DNA from: Camelus ferus
Lineage: Eukaryota
Assembly (NCBI RefSeq): GCF_009834535.1
Contig: NC_045696.1
Location: 21,454,001-21,518,000, forward strand
Reading direction: 5' to 3'
DNA: 64,000 nucleotides
In this document: piece by piece, positions 1-13,399 of the stretch
How positions within the stretch are numbered: position 1 is the first letter of the stretch
How the letters are laid out: each line of letters starts with the position of its first letter
Notes under the pieces: model-generated
What the model was told of the DNA's origin: nothing
What the model saw: the letters and a program-made list of their open reading frames with translations, nothing else
The model's database searches: none
Position numbers and translations under genes: made by a program

Positions 1-639
1 CTGGATACTTGCACCCTTAGTTTACAAGAGTCAATGAGTACCCTAAGAGCAGGGTTTAAAAATAGCTATACAATTTATTACCTCCCATATCTGTTGATAT
101 ATAGTCTGTTGATGCTAAAGTATTTGTGTAGTGTTGATGAAAGTGAAGTCTTCAAAAGCTGGACAAAAGTATGTTTGTTCAGAATAATATACCAATAAAA
201 ATTCTCTGTCCATTGCTTTTATTTTTCCAAACATGATGAAGTATAGATGGAGCCAAGCTCAAGTAAACTATGGTACTAATGTCTGATGACTTCCCTATGT
301 CTCTCATTTCTATAATTTCTCCCCCAAGTGTACTTCAGCTGATGTCCCCCTTTTGTCTCCTAAAATCAAAATAAGAGTTTATTAATGACTGTTTAACTGC
401 ATGAATATAACTTCTCTCTTTTTTTGCCTACTGTATGTTTATTTTTGTCCTTACTCAGCACAAAATGTCATAGTTTGCACTCTTTTCATGATTTTTACAA
501 TCTTTTCCTAATCTTGCTGGATCATTCTGGGGCACTCCTTCTGCCACAGTCACCCACACCCCAGTATGTTACACACACCTTCTTGAAAGTATTTTCTTGT
601 TTTTCATGACATCACATTGTCTTGGTTCTGCCCATACTC

Positions 640-1130
640 TTGACCTAATCAGGATAGCAAAAACACATGGCACATTCCAACGGAATAACTGAGAAAAATT
701 TAATTAAAAGTTCATGAAAAATGATGGGTAAAAAAGCTGGGAATGATAAGGAAACTTAACTGTCCCCCATGTCCCTCACCAGTGGTTAGTGTCAGCTAGG
801 GGCAATAAGGTGAGTAACAACCAACCCACAAGGCAAGGCTCGTGACAAGGCAAGGAAGGCTGCTACAAAAATACATCCTTTGTCTGAGTTCTTCCCCCTC
901 CATCTGATCTCTGTTGGCAGAAGCCAAAGGGAAGCCACAGGATAAGAGTGTCCTGGTAGGGATATAACTTATTGCCCAAAGACATTTTTGAGAATGAACA
1001 AGTGAACTATTAAAAATTAAACTGAGACAGCCGGCATAAGCCGGTCCTCAGGGTTTGCTCCTGGAGCACAAGGCAGTGTGAAGCTTGGTGAACAGAGCAC
1101 ATGAAAGAGCAAATGGAAAATATTCCATTC
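640..1130 (-). mobile_element. Old ERVL-class LTR (LTR33/LTR41-like) within L2-like sequence
   Basis: CAGGA...AACACATGGCACATTCCAA...TTTAATTAAAAG start, internal TTGGCAGAAGCCAAAGGGAAGCCA, and a GCAAATGGAAAATATTCC end. Confidence 0.55.
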
Positions 1131-2349
1131 AACTTCTGTGTTCACTTTCCACCTCCCCTAGGGTTTCTTTTCATATATGTATTTCTAGAACTTTAGTATT
1201 CCCAGAAATCTAACTCTGGCCAACTTGTCACTTCTTCCTAAATCTCTCTCAGAATGACTTAGATTCTTTATAGATTCTGTATTTTTCAATAATCTTCAGA
1301 CTCTTATCCTACTAATGAAATGTGCCAGTTATCTCACAGTTAGATTTACAATTGCCTCATCATTTCCTTGTGAGTAGTATCCTTTGCTTATAAAATATAA
1401 TTCTGCTTCTAGTATCACCCTTCATTCAAGCCATAAAAATATAGGTAGATAGATAGACAGATAGATCTCTTCTTTTCAATATCTGATATCCAAACAGTCA
1501 ACAAGTTCTTTTATTCAAGGATTAATCAATCATGGTTTATCATTTAAATATTTCTAAATGTATTTCCTTGTTTCTAATCTTACTGTCATGAACCTGGCTT
1601 ATATTCCTTTGTTTCCAGGTTTAGATGCTCAATTATGTCATAGACATGAAGATTGTAGAGTTATGAGATTTGGTACCATGGAGATCTCTGCAAATTTATG
1701 AGGGACTAGTTTTACCAAAGGCGGGGCCAGTCCCTGAAGCTTTATTAACAAATGACGAGGACTTGGAGAGGACTGACATGGCTGTAAGGTACTAGAGAGA
1801 TTGATGTGGCAAAATATAACAGGAAAGCTTTTATTTTTAAAATGTTTTGTTTTTATTTTTATTTTTTAGAATAGAAGAATCTTATCCATATTTTTTGAGA
1901 TTATAAGGAGTCAGAGTGGAGGAGCACTGCTGGGGGAAAAAGGAACAAATGACAACGTTATTGAAACAGGATTCTGAAGAAGGATGTTATTAAGCAGATC
2001 TGGAAAAATTAAAGTTTAGTTCACAATTTTTTCTGAGATAAACAACAGAAGTGTTTTAAGGTTGAAAGGAAGGAAATAAAATTAATGTTCATTTGTACAA
2101 TTTCATATTATTCCATGAGTTAGATAAAACATTACTTAGCTATTCCTTGAATATACACTGTATTTGTAGTTTTTTTCTTTTTCATTGGTCATTATGGAAA
2201 ATGTAGCAATAAATATCCATACACATAAAGCCTCAAATAAAAGTTAATTTAATTAAGAGGGACAGAGTCATAAAATATACTTCATAGGTAAAAATTATAC
2301 ATGCATATCTAATTTAATATGCTTTTAAATGCTTTTCAAAAGTTTGAAA

Positions 2350-2715
2350 CCATTCACTTTATTCATCCTGCATTATTGAGACTTGGTACCTTTTCACCAA
2401 TCTCTCCTCTTTCCCCAATCTCTAGCCCCTGGCAACCATCGTTCTACTCTCAGCTTTTATGAGTTTGACTTTTTTAGATTCCACATACCTGCAAATGATG
2501 CCATCCAGTATTTTTCTTCTTTGTCTGGTTTATTTCTCTTAACATAATAATGTCCTTTAGGTTCATTCATATTATCACAAAAGGCAAGATTTCCTTCTTT
2601 TTTAAAGCTGGATAAAATTCTATTACATATATATATGTAATAGAATATTTATATATGTGTGTGTGTGTGTGTGTGTGTCTGTGTGTACACCACATTTTAA
2701 TTATCCATTCATCCA
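2350..2715 (-). mobile_element. L1MA-type 3' end fragment with internal TA/TG microsatellite
   Basis: CCCCTGGCAACCATCGTTCTACTCTC...TTAGATTCCACATA...TTTATTTCTCTTAACATAAT...CACCACATTTT..TATCCATTCATCC. Confidence 0.85.
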
Positions 2716-3711
2716 AGGGCTTACTATGCTCTCACTTGTAATAATAAATATAAAATTAAATTTTTTTTTTAAATTTATTTTTAGTATCCAAATATAACTT
2801 ATGGGCTTTATAGTATATACCAGTATTCAAAGAAAATTTATAGTTATATTTTGTTTCATCTTTTCAAGAGCCAAAATATTTGGCAAAAGTAACTATGCTA
2901 GTTATTCAAATAACAGAATGAAGTTTCAAGAAATTTGAAATATTTGTCCATAGTCATTCAGTTAATGAATGTTAAAACTTGATTTTCAGTCCATCTCTGA
3001 ATGTAAATCCAGTGAACATCCTATGGAATCCTATATTCCTAAATTTATTTTTATGGTTATATCCTATAACTCCTGTTAACATATGTTGCCTAGAAGCAGG
3101 AAATGTATTTCATACTTTCATTCATATTCAATAAAGTCATGATTTATTTCACAAACAAAATAATTTATAGAATTGAAAATAAAACGAGTAATTTTTAAAA
3201 TAGTGATAGTTCAATAACACTAACAAATGTCGATGGGTTGAAGTGTTGAAACAATTGTTGAAAACCTATAGAGTTTCATTTTAATGATTTTCTTTTTAAG
3301 TTAAGAACATGTTTTAAAAGGAAAAAAGAGAGCTGCTACTGTAGAAAAAGAATCATGGTCTAAATGATGCCATAGACAAGAAAATTATTTTACCATCAAC
3401 TAATGAAAGTAACTAATATAAAAAACTTGGAAAAATATTTTCCATCTTAAGTTAGCCCCAGGTATTTCCTAACTTAATGAAAACATCTTCAGGGCAAACA
3501 TCACAAATGAGTGCTAAGGTCTGTTTGCTTTTATTCATTCTTCTGTTTGAAAGCTTAGTCTATATATCATTTTCTCTGGAGTCTATATACTGATCTATAT
3601 ATTATTATTTTAGTTGATAGAATGGAAACTATTGACGGTGCATAATGAGCACACTAATGAAAAGCACTACATTTGAGCACCTATGAACTTTCAAAAGAAA
3701 ATAAACCATCA

Positions 3712-3805
3712 TGAAAAGTACATGGACTTTGGAGTCAGGTAAGCTTAGGTTTTAAATATGGACCTGCCAGTTCCTCGCTTGGCCATCCTAGATAGATCAC
3801 TCCAA
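3712..3805 (+). mobile_element. MIR fragment
   Basis: CATGGACTTTGGAGTCAGG...TAGGTTTTAAAT core. Confidence 0.6.
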
Positions 3806-3824
3806 CGGTGTAAGCCACCAGGCT

Positions 3825-4232
3825 TCTGTTAGGAATACATCCAGATGCATATGACAGAATTATCAAAACAAACAAAACCATTTAAGCAAAAGACAGATGT
3901 ATTTTCCTTAACAAGTACAGAGGAATGCTTTCTAGGCCTCCCGCTCCAGGTTCTGTGTCTGGGTTCCAATGTGGAACCCTAACCCTGACCTTGGGAAAGG
4001 ATAAGAGCCAGGTAGGAATAAAGACTTCTGCCTTGAAAGGAGAGAACCCCTGAGATGCCCACCCCTACCTGGCACACAGGAACCCGGTCACCAGGCCCCT
4101 ATGTACTGCAAGGGAAACTGAGACCTCGTGTCTTTGTATTAGCACTTTGCTGTCCCATCCAAGTGAGGGTGGTGAGCCTAAGGGAAAATGGGAGAATAGC
4201 TATAAGGTGAGAGACTTACAACGTCTGCCTTA
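3825..4232 (-). mobile_element. Old MaLR LTR (MLT1I/J/K-like)
   Basis: Degenerate GTTAGGAATACATCCAGATGCATATGACAGAA start and GGGAGAATAGCTAT...ACAACGTCTGCC end. Confidence 0.6.
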
Positions 4233-4477
4233 TATGCGATCTCCAACTGTAATGAGGGATATAAATTCCTGGCTCATAAAAACAAAATGAAAATTATTTA
4301 GACAAATACTTTTGATTGCTTATATATGTGATTTTCAAGTGCCGACTGGAAGTTTTGAACTTGAAAGTGATTATAGAATGTGTCTCAGAGATTAGAAAGG
4401 GGAATGGAGTGAGGTTTGAGGAAAATTCTACAAAACTCATGTCACTAAATTGAATGGGTTTGGGAGTTTATGGTTTG

Positions 4478-4600
4478 TTTATTCAGGTAACAATTATTTA
4501 CTGAGGGCCTCTATATGCTAGGCTCTGTAGTAGGCCCTGAAGGTAGGTATTGAACAGAATAGAACATGATTCCTGCTGTTGGAGATTTTATAGTCTAGAG
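4478..4600 (-). mobile_element. L2 3' end
   Basis: TTATTTACTGAGGGCCTCTATATGCTAGGCTCTG...GAACAGAATAGAACATGATTCCTGC...TTATAGTCTAG. Confidence 0.75.
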
Positions 4601-4758
4601 TTATTCTCACACTATTTATTGAATAATCAATTTTTCTCAAAATAATATATAATTCCATATAAATCCCTAATTGTACATGGCTCTGCTTCTGGACACTGTC
4701 ACATTAATCCTAGACAGGTTTCATTTTAATCTGTTAAGTGAAAGATGATTATGTCATC

Positions 4759-5490
4759 AGTATGAGTATTCTGTTGCTGCTATAACAAGCTGCCAAAAAC
4801 TTAGTAGCTTAAAATGACAGAAATTTATAAGTAAAAAGTAAAAAAAAAAAAAAGTATCTTCCATGTGACGTGTAATAATAACGTCTATAATTGTATATAT
4901 TCCTTTGATGTATTTTCCCCTCAAGATTATTAACTCTGTGTTTGACAAGTGAAAACTAAATCTCTGATCAATTGAAATTTTTGGTTACAATATATTATAA
5001 AAGTAATTATTTTACAAACACTATATGAAAAGCAGTATTAAAATTTGAGCAAACAAACAAATGAAAGGACAGAAGGAAGACAGAAGTCTGAAATCAGCAT
5101 CACTGAGCTAAAATCAAGTTGCTAACAGATATCACTGCCTCTTAAGACTCTTGGGAAAATCTATTTCTGGCCTCTTCTAGCTTCTGGTGGCTGCTGGCAT
5201 TCTTGGTCTGTGGTCACATCTCTCCAATCCTTGCCTCAGTGGTAACATTGCCTCAACTTCTTGTGTGCATAGAAATATTTCTCTGAACTTCTCTGTTATA
5301 AATGTCCATCCATGTGACAGTACTTGGGCCCACCTGGGTAATACAGGATAATCCTGCAACTCAAGATCTTAATTTAACCACATTTGCAAGGACCGTTTTT
5401 ATTTTTGTTTTTTCAAAGTAATGTAAAACTCACAGGTTCCAGGGATGAGGATGTGGATATTACTGGGTTCTATTACTTATTCTATTACAT
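4759..5490 (-). mobile_element. MaLR LTR (MLT1C/D/E-like) interrupted by a ~250 bp AT-rich insert
   Basis: GCTGCTATAACAAG...GCTTAAAATGACAGAAATTTAT resumes at ~5081 as CAGAAGTCTGAAATC...CTTCTAGCTTCTGGTGGCTGCTGGCATTC...CACAGGTTCCAGGGATGAGGATGTGGATAT. Confidence 0.85.
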
Positions 5491-5734
5491 CATCATTTTA
5501 ATTTGAATTGACTTGTTGAGACTGCATCTTTTTAAAATTATTATTATTTTCTAGTTTTTCTTCTTCTTTATGAGTTGCACATCATGTCAATGACCTGTGT
5601 TCAATTTTCTATTCCTCTGCTCATCTTTCTTCCTTATATATTAGGGATTTTAATACTATCATATGTTGCAAATACTTTTTTTCCTTTTCCATTTTGTCTT
5701 TTAACCTCTTTATGAAAATTTTTTACTAAGTACA

Positions 5735-5830
5735 GGTTTAGAGCCTGCTACCTTGTTCAACTTTTTCTCTCCGTTTTACTAGCTGTGTGACCTTAAGGAA
5801 GTTATTTAAGCTTTCTGTTTTTCAGTGACT
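5735..5830 (+). mobile_element. MIR fragment
   Basis: TTACTAGCTGTGTGACCTTAAGGAAGTTATTTAAGCTTTCTG core. Confidence 0.7.
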
Positions 5831-6825
5831 TTAACTTCAATGAAAATTTTTTTTCGTATTATATTTTCCTAATAAGATAGATAAATCGAACAGTTAAGTA
5901 TTACAATGTTAAAAGTGTGCTAAATTTGTTAAGCAGGATAAATTAGGTTGAATTTTCCTTAGCTTCTTGGACATAATTTCCTGTTTTAAATAGTGCTGAG
6001 GAAAATTAGCATATTCCAAAGTTACTTTAATTCAAATTACTTGGAAATTACTTACTTCATCACAGTAAAGTTTGAAGTAGAAAGTACAAATGAAAAAGGC
6101 AATCCATAAGCTGTTTCTAAACATTATATGAGTAGTCAAAATAATTTATAAGAGATGAAAATAACTATATTGATAATTTTTATAAATATTACATAAGATC
6201 AAATTTTATGTAATGATTAAGTCACATCTATCTCTATATCCCCTAATTTCTGCTTCAATATATGAGTTATAATGTCAAGTAATAACTAGTTCACTGTTTT
6301 AATATGCTTCATTGAATTGTTTTATCCTTAATTAAAACAATACCAATATGGTCAAAACACTTCAACTGAATTATCATTTAATTATCAGTTATTTAATTCA
6401 CTTGTAATGTTTTCATAAACAACATGCAAAAATTAACATCACCAAAAAGAATATGAGGAATTGTTAGGAACACGTAGGCTAAAATTACTATTTCATATCA
6501 TTATAAAGAACAAAATTTAAATATTGGCAAAACATTTGAGCAAATAAATTGGATAAAAGAAAAGCAGTGCTTCTACTATAGTAGGAAGAGAAAAAGACAG
6601 ATACATAAATTCAGAGTAATCAATTCCAATAAACTCAAAGTAACCACATGTAGAACTTTGATTCACTGGCTGGTTATAATCTTTGCATATTTTTTCACCT
6701 GATAAATAAAAAGTTGAAAGTGAAACCAGCCAATGATCAACTAGGATTATAAAAAAAAAAAAAAAGCTGTAAATTCCGTTGATAGTATCACAAACCTTGA
6801 TAAGTCAAGTAACATTTATCTGGAA

Positions 6826-7043
6826 CAGGGCTTCTCAACCCCAGCACTGCTGACACTTTTGGCCAGACAATGATCTGTGATGGAGGCTGCCCTGGGACTA
6901 TGGGAATTGATGTATGGAAATGTATATAGCCTCTGCCTTGTAGATGCCAGTAGCACATCCGTCAACCCCTATGACAACCAAAACTTTCTGCAGATATTGC
7001 CAAATATCTCCTGGGGGAAAATCACACCCTTGAGCATCATTAA
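6826..7043 (-). mobile_element. MER20 (hAT-Charlie non-autonomous DNA transposon)
   Basis: CAGGGCTTCTCAACC...ACTGCTGACACTTTTGGCCAGA...TAGATGCCAGTAGCAC...GACAACCAAAA...CAGATATTGCCAAATATC. Confidence 0.88.
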
Positions 7044-10000
7044 TGCAGAAAACAGAGTTCTGTCGTACTAAACAAGGACCTTAGAATGAAAAGCATGACC
7101 TGTTTCTGTTAAATCAGATTACTTACAGAATTTATGCTATTATTTTCAGATTACTGAAAGTGAAAGCCAGTATATTTTATTTCCTGGCATTGCATTAAAC
7201 AAAATAGTGTAACATTTTAAAGGAATTTTTGATTTTTAAACCTTGGTCTCCTGGGTTTATATTTTTGAGAGCTTTGGCTAGTTAGTAAGTGGCTAGTTAA
7301 TAAAAAATAATGTTCAATAAATTTGAGGCAAGAGTGTGTTTCAGAGAAAAATTAGTAATTATCAGGGTTAATTATTCTAACACTGTAACTTCAAATACCT
7401 CATTAAGGAAATAATAAATTATTTGCAATTTCACAAAACAGAAATCATGAAGCCTAAATAAAAGGAGTACCTATTTTAACAAAACTCTAATTTTAGTCAT
7501 TGGATTTATTTTCTATTGGAATATGTAATCTTCCTCTGCTTCGTGTTTTGTGCCCAGAACCCTCCAAGAGCCATATTCCTGCCCTTTTTCTGTTTTATGT
7601 CATTCTTCCCCTGGGGACAAGGTTTGACTTCCTTGATGGGTGGGAAGGAACTGAGCTTGGGAAATTCAGCCCCCTTCTCTCTCCGTCTTCCTACTGGCAA
7701 GCATGGACTTTCTTCCTAACAACATAAAATCTACAGAATTGTAGGATAGATCTGTGATTATCCAGCTGTGTAAATGACTGGCTGGATACATACCTAGTTC
7801 AGAGGTAACATATTTGTAAGCAGAAACGTCTATCCAGGGGAAAAAAAAAAAAAAAAAAAGCCAACATTTTGGTCTCCATTTGGCTGGCAATTCTGTCTAT
7901 CAATGGATTTTAAACAGAAAACAGGGTGCTTTTTTTTTTTATTATTTCAAATGATTCTGATAAACTTTTCATCTTACTAAGATTATTGGATGAAAAGCAC
8001 TCTACTGTGTTTTTCTTAAGGATATAAAAAATAGGACCACTTATTGGAGATAAGTGAATATAACATTTTTAGATCAGTGTATCTTTGTGGGACTTAGAAT
8101 TATGTATTTTCGCTATCATATTAAAATGAATAATTGTTTTCAATCAAGACACTTGGCATTTCAGAAATTATAAACCTTGTTGGCTATTTTTAATTATAAA
8201 TTTTCCATGCAAATAAACCGTTATTAATTGAAAGATAAAAATAGAAAATACATATTTATAATTCCTTTGTCTTAGCTAATCTATTCAAACAATACACATT
8301 TGAAACTCTTTGTATTATAAAATCACTTTGGCAGTTTGCATTCAAACGTATTGTCTTTCAGCATTTCCTTTCTAACAAGTATTAGTTGGTCATTTTTGTG
8401 GATTGGATCATAATAGCAATAATATTGATAATAATAAGAGCAGCTATGGTTCCCTTGAAATGTGCAAGTCACAGTTCCACTCACTAAATCCCAATTTGTT
8501 CATTTAATACTTACCCCAGCCCCAGGGAGTAAGCACTGGAGTACTCCCCACAGGATAACAGAGGCACTGAGAAAAGCTTGATAGTCTAAGCCCAGAATCA
8601 CAAGGACATGTGTCTCTCTTAGCAAATGTACGTTTGTATTGTCAGAATCAGCGGCAATGGGCTTAATGTCTGGTGGCCACAGACACAAGTGACGTACATG
8701 CATTTCTTTATTATAATTAAAGACAAGCATCACTGCACAGAGCAGGGGACACTGCGGCCCTTCTGTTTGGAGGAGTAGGCTGCTGGATTTGTGCCACCCT
8801 GCTGGGGACAGGCTCAGAATGGCTTTCTTCTCTTAATTAGCTGAAAGTTACTTCTCCCCCTTGTGTATCAAGTCAAAGAGTTTGATGTGCTTGGGCTTCG
8901 CCTTCAGACGCACCCGGATCAGTTTACTATGTCCTGTCCAAGTGACGAGGCCTTACACTAATTTAAAGAAAACAATGGGCCTAAAGATTTTAGTCTTGCT
9001 ATTATGAAGATTTCCATTCTTTGCAGTAACTTAAGATGGGAGATTTAAAATCTGTTTACCATAGTAAATACACATATTCACTGAAAACAAAAAATTTTTG
9101 TAATTAAAATGGGCTGCCATTTTATGTAGAAAATACATACTGGCTCTTTTTCTCCACACTATTAGATATGTGTGAATAATAGTCCATTACCAATTAACTC
9201 AACTTTTACTCTTCTTCCTAAATGAAAAGTAATGAAAATGACCATTTTCATACCAACTAGCATATCATTATGCTAAAAATAAATTAACTGGATTAAAACT
9301 ATGATATAAAAATTGTATGTTACATATATTCATTTTTATGCATTATCAAAACAATTTAAATCGGTTTCTATACCATCCTGATGATGAAATAAAAACAGTC
9401 TTTTAAGTTACTTCTAGTAAATTTATCTAATTTTTCAATATTTATCTCAAATTTGTTTGCATGAAGAAAGAGGAAACATCTCAGACAGAAAACAAAGTAT
9501 ATCTTAGTAACCAAAGAAGAAAACATATTTATGTTAAATGAAGAATAAGTTTGATTGATTGAGTTAATAATCACATTATTATAAATCATCAGAAGAATGG
9601 TGGGTATAATTATCAGCATCCAAATTTTTTCCAGTGTCTACTTCAAATCTTATTTAGCCAAGAAAGATTTGGGTTTAATACTAGAACTTATAAACTGTCT
9701 TTGTATTCATGGAGCTTCTATGTACTATGCCATAAGCAGAGTGTCATGCATTATTCAAAGCACTGTACAAAGTGTGTGTGTATGTGTGCATAGGTGTGTG
9801 TTTACACCTGTGTGTATGTGTGTTTAATTGAAAGTAATCATGTAAGCAAGGTTTTATTCTCCCATTCCTTGAAGACCAAGCAAATTAAATAATTCGTTGA
9901 GGTCAAAATGACTGGGAAATTAATGATATCTAAAGTCCAGCCTGTCAGGTTCCACAGCACATCTGTACTTAAAGTCACCCCTTGAACTTCGTGGGTGTTT

Positions 10001-11351
10001 TGACAGCAAGTTATATAATTTACCAGTCTGTGAACACAAGCTCGATTCAAAATGGCCTTCTCAATTGTGATTAATTTGGAAATAGCACGTTTGGGATGTA
10101 CACAGATGAGACTGTCTCTCCCTTATTTCTCTTCCTTTCTAGTTTGTCTCCCTTTGAGGTCACTAATTCTGATGCACTAACCAGAGCTGTAAGAGAAGTG
10201 AGGGCTGGGCAGCCGTGGACAGAGAAATGACAACAGCGTCCTGCTGACATTCTGAAAATGCAGGAGCAAAGAACTAGAAATTTGGGAATAAATAGTGTGT
10301 GTAAGACACATTTTTTTTCTGTGTTCTGTCTTCTTGAGTGATGTAGCAAGTAAGTACTAAATAATTAAAAAACTCTGAACTTCGTTTTAATATCTGGTCT
10401 TGCCCTAGGCTTTTATTTACACAGATTCAGGAGGCCCTTCATGCTGACCTGTAAAAGACTGACTCCTACAGAGCTGCAAAGGAAAGGGCCAGCACTCAGA
10501 AGAAAAATATTGTGATTCTGTAGGAAAAAGTTGCACTGTATTTCTGTCTTGCCCTAGAATCTTAACTTCTGTTCAATATTTATTTTTAGTAGGTTTGACT
10601 CCTAGGCCTCAAAACCAAGTGTGCAAGAAATACCACCTGTCTTTATCTTCCAAAAATCAAATGGATTTCAACTACTCTGCTGGAATCACAGAAAATCTGG
10701 GGGACTCTATCCCTGAACCTAGGGTTGTATGCAATTATGCAATTTATAAAGCCCTAAGGCATTTGAAGAGATGGCCCTCTGGTCATTTGTCGTTCAACTT
10801 CATAGTGATAACTGATTTTCCTCTGTTGATATTTTCAATACTGCCACCTCTATGATGATTTTGGGCCATACTCAGGATTCCAGAAATCTCTAGATTCTAT
10901 GACTCTGCTTCCAAGAAGAGCACAAACCTCTCTTTTTAGAGACCCTGTCATCTTTCTTGGGAGCATCCAGGAACCAGCACTACTCTTGTGGGAACACACC
11001 TGACAGGCCTCCCCGACCTTGCCCAGCTTGGAGAAACATCTGTGTGATATGTGCGAAGCACCTATAATGAGAAATAGGTAGAGAAGTAAAAAGGTATGCA
11101 TGCATGTCTAAAATATTATCCAGCTACATTTTTATGTAGTACATCCACTATAAAACATTTTCCTTTCAGATGTATTTTTCAAGATGGTTGGATTGAGATT
11201 TCTTTGGTAAGTGAAACTTTCCCTAAAGTAAAAACAGTTACCAAATTGCATTTCTGGTATTCTGGGCATAATTACTATATCCTGATTGGTGAAAACTAGA
11301 ATCAAAGGAACTAGTGAAGGTGGTTGGTGTTGGTATAAAGTATTTGAGGAG

Positions 11352-11710
11352 TGTCATGGACTAAATGCTTTTGTTACTCCCAAATTCATATATTGAAATC
11401 TCAACCCCACTGTAATTGTATTTGGAAGAAGTGCCTTTGGAACGTACTTAGGTTTTGAGGGTAGTGCCCTCATGAACAGGATAAGTGACCTCACCAGAAG
11501 AGGCCAGAGAGCTATTACATCTGCCTTCTCTATCTGAGGACACAATGATAAATTGACTGTCTGCGACCTGGAAGAGGGCTCTTACCAGAAACCAAGCATG
11601 CCGGCATCCAGATATCAGACTTCCATCCTTCAGAACTGTGAGAAATAAATTTATGTCTTTTGTATATCCCTAAGTCTATGGTATTCTGTTCTGGCATCCA
11701 AACTAAGACA
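11352..11710 (+). mobile_element. MaLR solo LTR (MLT1A-like)
   Basis: Runs TGTCATGGACTAAATG...CCCAAATTCATATATTGAAATC...CAGAACTGTGAGAAATAAATTT...CTAAGACA. Near-TSD AGGAG/GAGAG. Confidence 0.9.
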
Positions 11711-12039
11711 GAGAGCATACATTTTATTTAGATCATGAAAGAGGTTGATAGGAAAAGTCTGCACAATTATCAACTTTCTTTAGGCTATCAGCAGCATATT
11801 GTGAGAACTATGAGAATCACAAATTAAGTCCAAAATTCCATCACCTGAATCTTCAGATTTATGTTGTTTATTTTTTAGTATTTCACACCTTGAAGTATTT
11901 AGCCACATAGATATCTCTAGGGTAATAGCTTCTATACTTGCCAGCCAGAAGAGTAAAATCTTTCCGGACTAACAAACAAATCATTGGGAAAACATTCTTC
12001 CCATTTGCACAAGTCTGTTCCTCTTTTTTATGAGCCATT

Positions 12040-12477
12040 TGTCTCTTTAAAAATTAATGCAAGGAAACCTGATTAAAATGGACCAAAATGGAGTCTGGAT
12101 GGTCAGAAGGGGGAGCTCACATGAACATAATACACTACATCGATACAAATCCCAAAAGGAAGAGACATACTTTGTATCTCCCATGGAAATTGACTCTTAC
12201 CTCATACTACCACCCAGCTGGAGGAAGAAAGATACTCTCTTTGCCTGACAACAGCTCAGCCAACTTCTAATTCTTAGTTTCCTCCAGTTAACTTTTGATT
12301 TATAGCAACCCTTTCCAAGTTCCCCTTCTCCTCTATAAAAGAGTTTCCTTTCTTTTCTTTTACCCAAGTTGCTTGTAGTTAGCCATAGTTGCATATCCCA
12401 AGTTCCAGTTCTTTGCTGTTCCTGAATAAACCCATTTTGCTCTAAAATAACTGTCTGTTTTATTGTTTCAGTTAACA
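12040..12477 (+). mobile_element. ERV1-class solo LTR (MER34/MER39-like)
   Basis: AAAATGGAGTC U3 motif, TATAAAA at ~12334, AATAAA at ~12425, and a ...TTTCAGTTAACA terminus. The TSD is not evident and the start is approximate. Confidence 0.75.
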
Positions 12478-13399
12478 TCCAGGAAGGATTTAGTTTGCTC
12501 CTTTTAGGACGTGGAACTTTGTTTAGATAAACTTTCAGGGACTTTCTGGAGAGGAGAATCTACGACTAATCTACCATGTCAGATTTTGCAATCTACAGAC
12601 TGCAAAAGAGCTTCAACCCCTACCTCAGGTATTTGAAATTTTTCCATGTGAGGTGATAAAGTGTCAAAAAGTAGAATATTAAATTTCAGAGCTGTTAGAG
12701 TTAAAGGGAGTGGTAGGATAAAATGACATGAGCACAATTTTAAAAAGGTAAAATCTTTCATAAAAGTTTGCCATTTAAGTGATCAGAAGCCATTTAAAAT
12801 TTCAAAGAACTTGTTTTTATTTGAATTTCTATTTCATTTACTGTATTGCTTCTTAGGATACAAAAAAACATACATATAATTTTGTTACTTTCTTGGATGA
12901 AATTTTATTTCCTTAGAAAATTAAATGTGCTGAGTATGCAAATCTGGTCTTAACCATTAATTATTGGATAAAATTCCTCCTTAATAGGGTTTTCCCCACT
13001 CCTCATTCTCACCTCACACAAGAATTCCACCTTTAATATTACATGCCAGAAAAAAACAGAACTCTTGTAACTATACACAATAGTACCATGCCCCCCACAT
13101 ATATCTATTCCATTTCTTCTTCCTAGAATGCCCTCTGTCTCCTTATTCCAAATATTATGAACCATATTTCCCCAACTCCAAGTTTGAGCCTATTCATCCT
13201 TCAAACCTCAGAGAAGGGGTCACTTATCTGGAATCAGGTGAGATGTTTCACTCCTCCAGGCTAGATATTTCTCCGTTGCAGTGACCTTGAGTTGCTTCAC
13301 AACATCTCTCAGCTGCAGAGTGCTGTAATTAAGCATAGGCAAGGTTTAGTCAAGTATTGGAAGATAGAACACTAATATCCTTTATATCTAAAAAAAAAA

